This document shows positions 1 to 10,713 of a DNA stretch of 49,406 bases, piece after piece. Source of the stretch: an uncultured cyanobacterium (GTDB taxonomy: Bacteria; Cyanobacteriota; Cyanobacteriia; Leptolyngbyales; Leptolyngbyaceae); NCBI GenBank assembly GCA_963766075.1, contig CAVYAN010000120.1, forward strand, positions 1 through 49,406. The letters are read 5' to 3'. Both the position numbers and the translations under genes were made by a program. Position 1 is the stretch's first letter. Each line of letters begins with the position of its first letter. Under the pieces are notes generated by a model. That model saw only the letters and a program-made list of their open reading frames with translations, made no database searches and was not told the DNA's origin.

Positions 1-217
1 CACATTGTCTGCTCCCACGGCGGGCTGGGTTTCCAATGGCTTCCGGGGTGACAAGGGCAATTTGATTATGTGCCCCTAGGAGGGGACTCGTTCCACAACG
101 GTGCGGCTGTAGCGACGTTTCTCAGGAGCCGCTACAGCTTGCCCCGTCATGAGCGCTTTTAAGGCAGCACCGATAGGCAAGAGTCGGTGTCATTTTGGAT
201 GCATGGAGATGATGCGG

Positions 218-2173
218 ATGGCTGAACAAACAATTGCTCCCTATGGAACGTGGAAGTCGCCGATTAGTGCTGATCTCATCGTGGCGGGCACCGTAGGTTT
301 GGGCAGTGTGCGAAGTGACGGGGATGAGCTGTACTGGACTGAACAACGTCCGACAGAAGGCGGGCGGACTGTTTTGGTTCAGCAGCAGGCGGATGGGCAC
401 ACCGTGGATGTCACACCGGCACCGTTTAACGTGCGGAGCCGAGTGCATGAATATGGCGGAGGAGCCTATGTTGTGCATCAGGGTATCGTGTATTTTTCTA
501 ACTTTGCCGACCAGCGGATGTATCGCTTGGTTCCTGGCTCCGAGCCGATCGCCCTCACCCCAGAAGGCCCCTGGCGCTATGCCGATAGCGTGATGGATCA
601 GGCGCGCGATCGCCTGATTTGCGTCGGCGAAGACCACAGTGGTCCTGGCGAAGCGGTGAACACCCTAGTTGGGGTAAGTTTGTCAGTGCATCAGCCCCCC
701 GTCGTGTTGGTGTCGGGGGCGGATTTCTACGCATCACCGCGCCTGAGCCCAGACGGGACCACCCTGGCCTGGGTGAGTTGGAACCATCCCCAAATGCCCT
801 GGGATGGCACAGACCTCTGGATCGGGCAATGCCACGCCGATGGCAGCCTAGGATCCGTGCAAAAAATTGCGGGTGGTTTGGCCGAGTCGATTGTGCAGCC
901 CCAGTGGTCGCCAGATGGGCGACTGTACTTTATCAGCGATCGCTCCGGCTGGTGGAATCTCTACCGCTGGACCCCAGGCGCAGGAGACATTGAGGCCCTG
1001 TATCCCCTGGACGCTGAGTTTGGCTTTCCCCACTGGGTGTTTGGGCAGTCTCACTATGCCTTTATCTCGGCGGATCTGCTGGTCTGTACCTATAGCCAAT
1101 TCGGGATTTCCTACCTGGCCACGTTAGACACACAGACATGCGCCCTCACCCCGATTGAACTGCCCTTTACCGACTTAGGCGGCATTCACACGGCGGCGGG
1201 CCAGGTCTTTTTTAACGCGGGATCCGCGACGGAACCCAATCAAATCGGCGCGTTGGATCTGGCCACCCACGCCTACAGGGTGGTGACGCGATCGAGCACG
1301 GTGGCCGTGGCTGCGGACTATTTGTCGGTGCCCCAGGCGATCGCCTTTCCCACCGAAGCCGGATTGACGGCCTACGGATTTTTCTATCCCCCGACCAATC
1401 GCGATTTTGTCGCGCCAGAGTCGGAACGACCACCGTTAATGGTCAAAAGTCATGGTGGGCCAACGGGATCCACTGCCACCGGATTTAATCTGAAAATTCA
1501 ATACTGGACCAGCCGGGGCTTTGCAGTGCTGGATGTGAATTATGGCGGCAGTACAGGCTATGGGCGGGCCTACCGCGATCGCCTGAAAGGACAATGGGGC
1601 ATTGTTGACGTAAACGACTGTGCCAATGGGGCCAACTATTTGGCGGCATCGGGGCAAGTGGATGGCGATCGCCTCGTGATTAATGGCGGCAGTGCGGGCG
1701 GCTATACCACGCTGTGTGCCCTGACCTTTCGGGATGTCTTCAAGGCGGGAGCCAGTTACTACGGCGTCAGCGATTTAGAGGCACTGGCCACGGATACGCA
1801 CAAATTTGAGGCTCGCTATCTGGATAGTCTGATTGGTCCCTATCCGGAGCGAAAAGACCTGTATGTGGCGCGATCGCCGATCCACGCCTGCGATCGCCTC
1901 AACTGTCCGGTGATTTTCTTTCAGGGAGATGAGGACAAAATCGTGCCGCCGAATCAAGCGGAAATGATGGTCAATGCCCTGCGGGCCAAGCATCTCCCCG
2001 TCGCCTACGTGCTGTATGCCGGAGAGCAACACGGCTTCCGGAAGGCCGAAAACATCAAACGCACCTTAGACGGTGAATTCTACTTCTATGCCCAGGTCTT
2101 TGGCTTTGCGATCGCCGATGCCATCGAACCGGTGCCGATTGAGAATTTGCCGATTCAGCATTATCAGCATTAA
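218..2173 (+). CDS. S9 family (prolyl oligopeptidase/acylaminoacyl) peptidase
   Basis: MAEQTIAPYGTWKSPI start at ATG 218, beta-propeller-like region, HGGP, GGSAGG nucleophile motif, FQGDEDKIVP, GEQHGF. Confidence 0.93.
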   Translation: MAEQTIAPYGTWKSPISADLIVAGTVGLGSVRSDGDELYWTEQRPTEGGRTVLVQQQADGHTVDVTPAPFNVRSRVHEYGGGAYVVHQGIVYFSNFADQRMYRLVPGSEPIALTPEGPWRYADSVMDQARDRLICVGEDHSGPGEAVNTLVGVSLSVHQPPVVLVSGADFYASPRLSPDGTTLAWVSWNHPQMPWDGTDLWIGQCHADGSLGSVQKIAGGLAESIVQPQWSPDGRLYFISDRSGWWNLYRWTPGAGDIEALYPLDAEFGFPHWVFGQSHYAFISADLLVCTYSQFGISYLATLDTQTCALTPIELPFTDLGGIHTAAGQVFFNAGSATEPNQIGALDLATHAYRVVTRSSTVAVAADYLSVPQAIAFPTEAGLTAYGFFYPPTNRDFVAPESERPPLMVKSHGGPTGSTATGFNLKIQYWTSRGFAVLDVNYGGSTGYGRAYRDRLKGQWGIVDVNDCANGANYLAASGQVDGDRLVINGGSAGGYTTLCALTFRDVFKAGASYYGVSDLEALATDTHKFEARYLDSLIGPYPERKDLYVARSPIHACDRLNCPVIFFQGDEDKIVPPNQAEMMVNALRAKHLPVAYVLYAGEQHGFRKAENIKRTLDGEFYFYAQVFGFAIADAIEPVPIENLPIQHYQH

Positions 2174-2455
2174 TAGTTCGGGATCAAGACATCGTTCGGG
2201 ATCAAGGTCGAGTCGGCAGGGGAAACGGCGAACCCAGCCTGCGATGGCGGTCCATTCCGGTAGCTCTGCCCCTGCCGATACTGAAGATTTCATTTATGAA
2301 CGCCGGGATGCGCCAAATTTCGGAGACAGTAAGTAGATCGATACTTGGGTTGATGCCGATCGCGATTACCGGACGCGATGGCTCAGATCGCCAAGGTTCA
2401 ACCTCCCCATCACCGCGCGCCACTCTGTCCACCCCCGTTTAACCTCGAGAGACCT

Positions 2456-3938
2456 ATGGGAAAACCAACTGGCTTTATTGAATACGTCCGAGAGTTGCCC
2501 GCTGATCGCTCCCCCAGCGATCGCATCCAAGACTGGAACGAAATCCACCAGCACATGCCCGAGGACAAACTCCGGACCCAGGGCGCACGCTGCATGGACT
2601 GCGGCATTCCCTTTTGCCACACCGGCACCCTGATCAGCGGCATGGCCAGCGGTTGTCCCATCAACAATCTGATTCCCGAATTTAACGATCTGGTCTATCG
2701 CGGCCTGTGGAAAGAGGCCCTCGATCGCCTGCACAAAACCAACAACTTCCCCGAATTCACCGGGCGCGTTTGTCCCGCTCCCTGCGAAGGCTCCTGCGTG
2801 CTGGGGATCAACAATCCGCCGGTCACGATTAAAAATATCGAATGCTCGATCATTGAACAGCGGCTGGGATAACGAATGGGTCGTACCCGAACCCCCCAGC
2901 CAGCGCACCGGCAAAAAAGTCGCCGTCATCGGCTCTGGCCCAGCCGGACTGGCCGCCGCCGCCCAACTCAACAAGGCCGGGCCATTGGGTGACGGTCTAC
3001 GAACGCGCCAATCGCCCCGGCGGTCTGCTGATGTACGGCATTCCCAACATGAAACTGGAAAAGGAATCCGTCGTCCTGCGGCGGCTCAACGTGCTGGAAG
3101 CCGAAGGCATCACCTTTGTCTGCAATACCGAAATCGGTAAAGATTACCCGGCAGACGCAACTGCTCCAGGACTTCGATGCCGTCGTCCTCTGCACTGGCG
3201 CCACCAAGCCCCGCGACTTGCCGATCCCCGGACGTGAACTGAACGGCATTCACTTTGCCATGGATTTCCTCACCGCCAATACCAAAGCGGTTTTGGACCC
3301 AACCCTGGCCCCGATTTCAGCACGCGGGCAAAGATGTGGTGATTATTGGCGGCGGCGACACCGGCACCGACTGCGTGGGCACCTCCCTGCGCCACGGCTG
3401 CACCAGCTTGGTCCAGGTGGAAATTATGCCCCAACCGCCCCTGAGTCGCGCGGCGGACAATCCCTGGCCCGAATGGCCCAAGGTCTACAAGATGGACTAT
3501 GGCCAGGAAGAAGCCGCCGCTAAATTTGGTACCGATCCCCGCGTTTATCTCACCACGGCTACAAAATTTGAGGGCGATGCCCAGGGCAACGTCAGCGCAG
3601 TCCACACCGTGCAGGTGCAATGGGGCAAAAACGAAAAGGGCCAATTTATTCCGCAACCGATCCCCGGCACCGAAAAAGTGCTGCCCGCCCAAATTGTGAT
3701 GCTGGCCATGGGATTCCTGGGGCCGGAACAGCCGCTCCTCGATGCGCTGGGGGTGGAGCGGGATGCCCGCAGTAATGTCAAAGCTGACCCGAGCCAATTC
3801 GCTACCAGCCTGCCAGGTGTGTTTGCGGCGGGAGACTGCCGCCGGGGCCAAAGCCTGGTGGTGTGGGCGCTGAACGAAGGACGCGGCGCGGCGCGGGAGT
3901 GCGATCGCTACCTCATGGGTCATACGGATCTGCCGTAA
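2456..3938 (+). pseudogene. gltD: NADH-dependent glutamate synthase small subunit, interrupted as sequenced by four +1 frameshifts (~2861, ~2981, ~3154, ~3323); probably intact in vivo
   Basis: MGKPTGF start, [49 protein letters not shown] and [14 protein letters not shown] spread over five ORF pieces. Removing 4 nt gives a 492-aa frame. Confidence 0.9.
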
Positions 3939-3971
3939 GAAAAGTTGACCCTTGTATCTGACGTGACTGAC

Positions 3972-3977
3972 TATAAT
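3972..3977 (+). promoter_or_regulatory. candidate -10 element (TATAAT) upstream of the 79-aa gene
   Basis: Perfect TATAAT just after the gltD stop. An imperfect NtcA-like site GTA-N8-GAC lies at 3954-3967. Confidence 0.45.
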
Positions 3978-4112
3978 GAGGGAGATCACGGAGTAGGCGA
4001 ATCGTCACAGTTCGTACAGCCCATGCCGGATCTCCCTGGAGCCACCGGCTAGATCGCTGTCGTACTTCAGCCTGCCGCTTGATTGCTGGTTTGAATCCGC
4101 TACACAGAAAGG

Positions 4113-4352
4113 ATGACTATGACTTCGCCTCAAATTTCTCCCGCTCAAATTTCTCCTAAAACGGTTTACGACAATCTGAATCTTCTGGAGCAGGTTGACG
4201 TGGCCAAGAGTGCACTCTATCGCCAACTGGCTCAGGATGTGCTGGCAGACAACGACATCAAGCTGAGCGTGCGCATTGCGATCGCTGAGCGCCTCAACCA
4301 CGCCAATCACCTCCTGGAATTGGGTACCGTCGGTGGCAACGACAGCTACTAG
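4113..4352 (+). CDS. small hypothetical protein (79 aa)
   Basis: AAAGG RBS before ATG, helical-looking sequence, fills the gap between gltD and the IMPase gene. Confidence 0.75.
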   Translation: MTMTSPQISPAQISPKTVYDNLNLLEQVDVAKSALYRQLAQDVLADNDIKLSVRIAIAERLNHANHLLELGTVGGNDSY

Positions 4353-4378
4353 TCCACCGATCTTGGGGTGACTGGTCT

Positions 4379-5203
4379 TCAGGTGACTGATTTTGAGGCT
4401 GCGCCTATCGGTTTCATGAGGGGCAAGAACACGGGCAATAAGTCCGCCCGCGCCGTCACCAAAGTCGGATAGGCGCGGGCACCATAGTCCCTACCGACTT
4501 CTAAGGGGAAAATTTCCCCTGATTCCAAGGTCTGCCACACCCCACCGGCAGCCTGGACAATTGCCCACACCGCTGCAATATCCCAAATCTTGGGCGTTGC
4601 CTCCACGCCCCCCAAGGACCACCCTGCCGCCACCGTCAGCAGATTGTAGGTGGCCACTCCCAGCATCCGCACCTTGGCGGGCAGGGGCTGGCTTAAAATT
4701 GCCGTACTACGGGCACACAGATTAAAAAAGTGATTGCCGCTGACCGCATCCGCGCTGGTCTGAATCGGCTGCCCATTCAAGAAGGCCCCCGTCGGTCCTG
4801 ATAGGCTCGAATTGCCATACCAATAGCCGTAGAAAGACTGCCGCAGTGGGGGGAAGTGCACATAGCCAAACACCGGCGTGCCCTGATACAGCAAGCCCAG
4901 GGAAATGCCCCATAGCGGCAAGCCCCGGGCAAAATTTGTCGTGCCATCAATCGGGTCAATAATCCAACACCAGTCCGTGGCCGGAAAAATATGGGCCATT
5001 TCTTCGCTGAGCACACCGTGATCGGGAAACGCGGCGGCGATCGCCCCGCGCAGTTCCTCATCCGCCCAGCGATCGCACGCCGTTACCAGACTGCCATCCG
5101 CCTTTGATTCTGCGTGCACGCTGCGCTCGCTGAGGAGGCGATCGCCCACCCGCTGCGTCGCCGCTGTCGCAAAATTCAGCACTTGGGTCCAAAAATCAGA
5201 CAT
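4379..5203 (-). CDS. inositol monophosphatase family protein
   Basis: DGSLVTACD, SEE, WIIDPIDGTTNF and WDIAA motifs. Confidence 0.92.
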   Translation of the reverse strand: MSDFWTQVLNFATAATQRVGDRLLSERSVHAESKADGSLVTACDRWADEELRGAIAAAFPDHGVLSEEMAHIFPATDWCWIIDPIDGTTNFARGLPLWGISLGLLYQGTPVFGYVHFPPLRQSFYGYWYGNSSLSGPTGAFLNGQPIQTSADAVSGNHFFNLCARSTAILSQPLPAKVRMLGVATYNLLTVAAGWSLGGVEATPKIWDIAAVWAIVQAAGGVWQTLESGEIFPLEVGRDYGARAYPTLVTARADLLPVFLPLMKPIGAASKSVT

Positions 5204-5424
5204 GGTGATCCCCTATGAAGTTTAGATTTTAGACGGCAGGGCCTGACGGCAATGCCATTGGGTGATTTCCGCAAAACCAGAAACTGCCGTGGGATAGGCA
5301 TCTGGGTACCTATTGCCATGCTCATCCTAAGGCGATCGATTGCAAATTAACCGTTGAGGCGGCAAGATGCCTGTGGATCGTTAACGTCTGTAGACCGTTG
5401 AAACGCCCGGAGATTCCCGTCGCA

Positions 5425-5466
5425 GACCCACCCAAAACGACCCACCCAAAACGACTCACCCAAAAC
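5425..5466. repeat. 14-bp tandem repeat x3 (GACCCACCCAAAAC)
   Basis: Read directly; the third copy has one mismatch. Confidence 0.9.
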
Positions 5467-5681
5467 TAGCCGCCACAGACTTCGAGTGTGATGCGGCACC
5501 ACTCTACGTGGTATTAAAATCCTCTAAAGTATTAAGATTCTCTAAGGTTCCTGGCACGTAAACCGTTCCGTCCCCCTCGTGCCTAGCGCCAGCCAAAATC
5601 ATTCGACTGCGCCCTCACGCCAAAACCCTGTAGCCAAGCGGCACGTAGCGCTATCCCACATCCAACATCTAAACCGCCGAC

Positions 5682-7037
5682 ATGCAGCTATCGATCCGGA
5701 CCGAAATTCAAGAATCTCTGCGCCTCACTGTGCCCCTGGCCAGCGCCCAAGTGGCCCAAGCCGCAACCGGTTTTGTGGATACGGTAATGATGGGTTGGTT
5801 GGGCCAATCTACCTTAGCGGCAGGTGGGTTAGGCGCAACCACCTTTACAACGGTACTGGTGGTTGTGACGGGCGTAGTAGTCGGCATCAGTCCCCTGGTG
5901 GCAGAAGCCTATGGTGCAGGACAACCCGCGCGCATTCAACAGTTGACCCACCAAGGGCTGTGGCTGGCGCTGCTGATTGCGGTTCCCTTGATGGTTCTGC
6001 TGGGACACAGCGACACGCTGATGCGGCATTTGGGGCAATCCGAAAGCTTGATCGGTCCCGCTAAAATCTATCTAGATATTCTCCGGTGGGCCCTGCTGCC
6101 CGCGCTGCTGTTTGCCCTGCTCAAAAGCGTGGTGTCGTCGCTGTCACAGCCGCGCTGGGTGACGGGAATTATGGTGGCGGGCACGGGGGTAAATGCGATC
6201 GGCAATTATCTGATTGGTTTGGGGCATTGGGGATTTCCGCAACTGGGGTTGGTGGGCATTGCCTGGTCCAGCACGATTACCCAATGGCTGATGCTGATTA
6301 GCTTGCTGGGGTATGTGTTGCGGCATCCCCACTTTCGCGCCTATCGCTGGTTGCAGCAATGGCAGCCGATCAATCTGAAAATCCAGCGCGAACTATTGCT
6401 GTTGGGAATCCCCATCGCTATTTCCTTTGGGCTAGAAATTGGCTTGTTCAGTATCACGACCTACCGGATGGGCACCCTGGGCGCGGATATGATGGCCGCC
6501 CACCAGATTGTGTTTCAGACGATCGCCATCATCTTTATGGTGCCCTTGGGGATGTCCTTTGCGACGACGATTCGGGTGGGGCAGTGGAGTGGCCAAGGCA
6601 ATCCCCAGGGCATTCGGCGCACCAGCTACGTCAGTATGGCCCTGGGTGGACTGTACATGCTGCTGCTGGCGATCGCCCTGCTGCTGTTTCCGCGATCGGT
6701 AATTGGTCTCTATCTGGATGTTAATAATCCCGACAATGCACCGGTGATCGAGTTAGCCACTTCCATGCTGGCGATCGGGGCCCTCTCGCAAATTCTAGAT
6801 GGGGTGCAAACCAATGCGGCAGGCGCTTTGCGTGGCATGAAAGATACCCAAGTGCCCGTGGTGATCAGCTTTTTATCGTTTTGGGGGGTGGGCTTAACCA
6901 GTGGCTACGGGCTGGGCTTTGTTCTGGGATTTAGTGGACCGGGCCTATGGGCGGGACAACTTTTCGGGGTAGCCACGGCGGCGGGATTATTTGTGTGGCG
7001 ACTTCAGCAGGTGATGCGAGCCCAGGAAGGGCTCTAG
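5682..7037 (+). CDS. MATE family efflux transporter (NorM-like)
   Basis: FVDTVMMGWLG, many hydrophobic segments, TIRVGQ, LDGVQ..GALRGMKDT motifs. Confidence 0.92.
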   Translation: MQLSIRTEIQESLRLTVPLASAQVAQAATGFVDTVMMGWLGQSTLAAGGLGATTFTTVLVVVTGVVVGISPLVAEAYGAGQPARIQQLTHQGLWLALLIAVPLMVLLGHSDTLMRHLGQSESLIGPAKIYLDILRWALLPALLFALLKSVVSSLSQPRWVTGIMVAGTGVNAIGNYLIGLGHWGFPQLGLVGIAWSSTITQWLMLISLLGYVLRHPHFRAYRWLQQWQPINLKIQRELLLLGIPIAISFGLEIGLFSITTYRMGTLGADMMAAHQIVFQTIAIIFMVPLGMSFATTIRVGQWSGQGNPQGIRRTSYVSMALGGLYMLLLAIALLLFPRSVIGLYLDVNNPDNAPVIELATSMLAIGALSQILDGVQTNAAGALRGMKDTQVPVVISFLSFWGVGLTSGYGLGFVLGFSGPGLWAGQLFGVATAAGLFVWRLQQVMRAQEGL

Positions 7038-7117
7038 CATCGGTCTGTACAAGATCCTCTCCCACTAGACTCTCTCCAAGGAAATGCTGGTGCATCCTGC
7101 CTGTCTCGTCTCCTGAT

Positions 7118-7176
7118 CTAGGCTTTGGATGTCTGGGCTTTGGATGTCTGGGCTTTGGATGTCTAGGCTTTGGATA
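7118..7176. repeat. 15-bp tandem repeat x~4 (CT[A/G]GGCTTTGGATGT) overlapping the C39 gene stop codon
   Basis: Read directly. Confidence 0.9.
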
Positions 7177-7981
7177 ACCGATGTAACCAGATAAAGTTGG
7201 GGCCTTCGGGGGAACTTTTGCTCTGGACGAGGCCCGTGGAATAGTGCAGATTCTCTCCGGAGAGATCCTTGCGGTAGCCACTGGCAGTCCATTCACCGTA
7301 GGGATCGTTGACGAAAAAGCCAGCTTTGTCATAGCCGCGCACCACAATAATGTGGCCAAAGCTCGTGTAGTAGCCGTGGATAATGCAGGGTTTGCCTTCG
7401 GCGATCGCCTTCCGAATATCTGCCAACCGACCTTGGAGCGTCAACTCATCCTTCAGGCCATAGGCACTGGCTAGCTTGGCCAAATCTGCGGGATCATGCC
7501 GACTCAAGCCCTGATTTTCCATATACCGATACAGCTCGTCCTCCATTTGGACGGCATTGGTGCGCTGGGGGACTTTGAAATAGCGCATCACCATGGCAAA
7601 GCAAGTGACGTTGCAGGCCCCCGTTGGATTTTCCGCATTATCAAGCTGGTTACGATAGGGAACGCCCAAATTCTTGGTCGCGGGCAGGCCCAGATTTGGC
7701 AGGCGAATCGGCACCGCAGGCGGTCGGGGCGGCACCGAGTCTTGGCCCCGATTGTCGATCAGCTTGACATGGGGCATGAACACAAACCACGTATTCCGCG
7801 CCGGACTGCCCAGACTACTACCGAGTAGCGCAATTTTGAGATGGTTCTTGTCTACCGCCTTCCAGGAATGGAGCGTAAACTCCTGCCCCGCCGTCACGGC
7901 GACTTTATCGGCCGGTGGCAGTTGGGCTGACTCCTTTGTAGACTGCTTGAACCAGGTATTTTGCAGCACTTTGAGCTTCAT
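7163..7981 (-). CDS. C39-like cysteine peptidase with N-terminal cyanobacterial accessory domain
   Basis: VPYRNQLDN..GACNVTC (catalytic Cys), GHIIVVRGYD, VNDPYG. Confidence 0.85.
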   Translation of the reverse strand: MKLKVLQNTWFKQSTKESAQLPPADKVAVTAGQEFTLHSWKAVDKNHLKIALLGSSLGSPARNTWFVFMPHVKLIDNRGQDSVPPRPPAVPIRLPNLGLPATKNLGVPYRNQLDNAENPTGACNVTCFAMVMRYFKVPQRTNAVQMEDELYRYMENQGLSRHDPADLAKLASAYGLKDELTLQGRLADIRKAIAEGKPCIIHGYYTSFGHIIVVRGYDKAGFFVNDPYGEWTASGYRKDLSGENLHYSTGLVQSKSSPEGPNFIWLHRLSKA

Positions 7982-8001
7982 AAGCGTGAAATGTCCTGCG
8001 G

Positions 8002-8856
8002 TTAGGAATCCTGAGCGGGCACATCTGGGGAATTCGCGTCTAGGGGATGCGATCGACTGCCAGCCTCGTCGGGGGGGACATTGGCAGGGAGATCGTTAGT
8101 CAAGGGAGAGGAGGGTGGGACCGCTATTTGGGATAATGGGTCACCAACTGCCGACTGTGGCGTTCCGGCACTGGCCCACGGATCTTCCTCAAGCACCGTG
8201 TTCCCCCAACTCAGTCCGCTAGATGCCGTCGCTGGCGGGGCTGCAGACACAGATCGGCCTTCCACAATAACCGGCGGCAAAATCTGTCGCAATTGCAGTC
8301 CCAAAATTGTAAAGCTGGAGGGGATCGTCTCTAGCGCCTGGGGCAGTGTGGCGGTGACCGTCGCTTCGCTGTTGAGCATTACCCCCAACACACTCACCGG
8401 CACCTGAATAAAAAGATGACTCGCCAGAAAGGCGATCGCAGCCAACAGCAACCCTAACTCGCGAGCAGATGGGGGCAAGGGGGCTACAGAAACTGCCATA
8501 GCTGATCCGTAATAAAGGCGTTGCAGCACCACCAGCCATAGGAGCGCCGTAGCGATCGCCACGACGCGATTCCGGGGAGACTGAAACAACGTGAGCAAAC
8601 GGCGCTGGGCTTCAGTCAGTTGAGCAGGCTGTAGCGCCAAGGGGAGCAGGCTAAAAATATAAAATGGACGCTGCCACTGCATCCACAGCACCGGAGCAAT
8701 GCCCACAACAGCGATAAGCAGCAGCTCCAGCCAGACGGGAAGAATTGGGTCCCCAACGGCGAGACCTAAGAAACACACCTCTAGCAGGAGGGGCACCATC
8801 GCCAACCCTGCAAGGTGAATCCATAAGTACGGATCAGACCAAAATGAACGCATCAT
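8002..8856 (-). CDS. cyanobacterial low-complexity-tail membrane protein
   Basis: DPYLWIHLAGLA N-terminus, ~4 TM segments, Pro/Ser-rich tail. Confidence 0.8.
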   Translation of the reverse strand: MMRSFWSDPYLWIHLAGLAMVPLLLEVCFLGLAVGDPILPVWLELLLIAVVGIAPVLWMQWQRPFYIFSLLPLALQPAQLTEAQRRLLTLFQSPRNRVVAIATALLWLVVLQRLYYGSAMAVSVAPLPPSARELGLLLAAIAFLASHLFIQVPVSVLGVMLNSEATVTATLPQALETIPSSFTILGLQLRQILPPVIVEGRSVSAAPPATASSGLSWGNTVLEEDPWASAGTPQSAVGDPLSQIAVPPSSPLTNDLPANVPPDEAGSRSHPLDANSPDVPAQDS

Positions 8857-8969
8857 ACCCGCTAACCGATAAAGCCATGCCCAGTATAAAGCCTGCTTCT
8901 TCGATCCCAGTGTTCATGTAGTGATCTGCAATGGTTCAGTGCTCAGCGGCGGTGGTGGAGGACGCCGTA

Positions 8970-9254
8970 CTAGGGAGCAACGCGATCGCCCCCTACAGTC
9001 TCTCCAACTCCAGAAAGCTCAACCGATTCACGCTGCTGCTTCACGGCCTGGAGCTGCCGGAGTAACGATTCCGTTTCAGCTTGCAGACTTAAAAACTTCG
9101 CTTGTTGATCGAGGCGATATTGCGTTTTCATGGCTTCTAAAATTCGGGATTGAGGGAGGGATGCACCGGCAGAAAGGGAATATTCGGACTTGTTATAAAT
9201 CGATGAAAGGGTTTCTTCACCGGGGGATTCACGTAACAATATTTGATTTGACAT
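8970..9254 (-). CDS. hypothetical protein (94 aa, coiled-coil C-terminus)
   Basis: Y..DQQAKFL.LQAETE.LL.QLQ pattern typical of small cyanobacterial hypotheticals. Confidence 0.7.
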   Translation of the reverse strand: MSNQILLRESPGEETLSSIYNKSEYSLSAGASLPQSRILEAMKTQYRLDQQAKFLSLQAETESLLRQLQAVKQQRESVELSGVGETVGGDRVAP

Positions 9255-9581
9255 TTCGACTTGCTAACACCACGTAGAGTATATTAACTTGAACTTTATA
9301 TAAGAATGTATCGAATGGTAACTAAAAAACCATCCCATCGATAGGGATCTCTGAACGGTCGCAGGTCAATTCATCCAAGAAAATTAGTCTTGGATTACGA
9401 TTCCCGCACCAGAAACCTTGCCCTTCTTCCCATTTGACGTGTCCACTGCCGTAAAGTTTCCTGGGGAATGGGGGTCGAGATCGTGAGGCTTGCAATCTGG
9501 ATCGGGGTATTGGCACTCCCGGAATGTCAAACGGGGTAAACTAGGACTCTCACGTTGTAGCCAAATTTCAGTGAAAAGCCT

Positions 9582-10703
9582 GTGACGATTAGCTTGCCTA
9601 CCGATTCCGCCGCCAGTACTGTCGCGCCCTCCGCATGTTCTACCTGCAAAGGCTGGCGCGGGCTGATTGAAGAATTTCGCGCCTATTTGCCCGTCACCGC
9701 GCAAACTCCGGTGATTACGCTGCACGAGGGCAATACGCCGTTGATTCCCGTGCCCGCGATCGCCGCCAAAATCGGTAAACAAGTCCAAGTCTTCGTCAAA
9801 TATGATGGGCTAAATCCGACCGGCAGCTTTAAAGATCGCGGCATGACCATGGCGATTTCCAAAGCGAAAGAAGCCGGAGCCCAGGCGGTCATTTGCGCCA
9901 GCACCGGCAACACCTCGGCAGCCGCAGCCGCCTACGCGCGGCGCGGGGGAATGCGGGCTTTTGTCCTCATCCCGGATGGTTACGTGGCCCTCGGCAAGTT
10001 GGCCCAAGCCCTGCTCTATGGGGCAGAGGTCTTGGCGATTAAAGGCAACTTTGATCGGGCCTTGGAAATTGTGCAAGCGATGTCGGAAACCTATCCCGTC
10101 ACCCTGGTCAATTCTGTGAACCCCTACCGTTTGGAAGGGCAAAAGACCGCAGCCTTTGAAGTGGTGAACGTGTTGGGCGATGCACCGGACTGGCTTTGCA
10201 TCCCCGTCGGCAATGCGGGCAATATTAGTGCCTATTGGATGGGCTTTTGTGAATACCATCGGGAAAAGCGCTGCACCAAGTTACCCCGGATGATGGGGTT
10301 CCAAGCGACCGGGGCTGCGCCCTTAGTCTTTGGCCATCGGTTTGAGCATCCGGAAACGTTGGCCACGGCCATTCGGATTGGCAATCCGGTGAACCGGGAA
10401 AGGGCAATCGCCACCCAACAGGCCAGTCATGGCGAATTTAACGCCGTCACCGATGCGGAAATTCTGGACGCCTACCGTTTACTCGCCAGCCAGGAAGGTA
10501 TTTTCTGTGAACCTGCCAGTGCGGCTTCCGTGGCAGGCTTGTTGAAAGTGAAGGATCAGGTCCCCGAGGGCGCCAAGATTGTCTGTGTCCTCACAGGCAA
10601 TGGCCTCAAGGACCCCGACACGGCCATCCAGCACTGCGCTAACGCCCTCAATCAGGGGATTGAGCCGACCTTGGCCGAGGTGGCGCGTGTGATGGGGTTC
10701 TAA
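9582..10703 (+). CDS. thrC: threonine synthase
   Basis: [13 protein letters not shown]-lysine motif, ASTGNTS, PVGNAGN, EPASA. Confidence 0.96.
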   Translation: MTISLPTDSAASTVAPSACSTCKGWRGLIEEFRAYLPVTAQTPVITLHEGNTPLIPVPAIAAKIGKQVQVFVKYDGLNPTGSFKDRGMTMAISKAKEAGAQAVICASTGNTSAAAAAYARRGGMRAFVLIPDGYVALGKLAQALLYGAEVLAIKGNFDRALEIVQAMSETYPVTLVNSVNPYRLEGQKTAAFEVVNVLGDAPDWLCIPVGNAGNISAYWMGFCEYHREKRCTKLPRMMGFQATGAAPLVFGHRFEHPETLATAIRIGNPVNRERAIATQQASHGEFNAVTDAEILDAYRLLASQEGIFCEPASAASVAGLLKVKDQVPEGAKIVCVLTGNGLKDPDTAIQHCANALNQGIEPTLAEVARVMGF

Positions 10704-10713
10704 CCTGGGCAGG

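Noticed and set aside
2244..2336. 30-aa ORF MAVHSGSS...FGDSK upstream of gltD
   Set aside because: No recognisable motif or clear RBS; cannot be supported
5425..7176. Tandem repeats at 5425 and 7118 as CRISPR arrays
   Set aside because: Units are 14-15 bp and contiguous with no spacers; no cas genes
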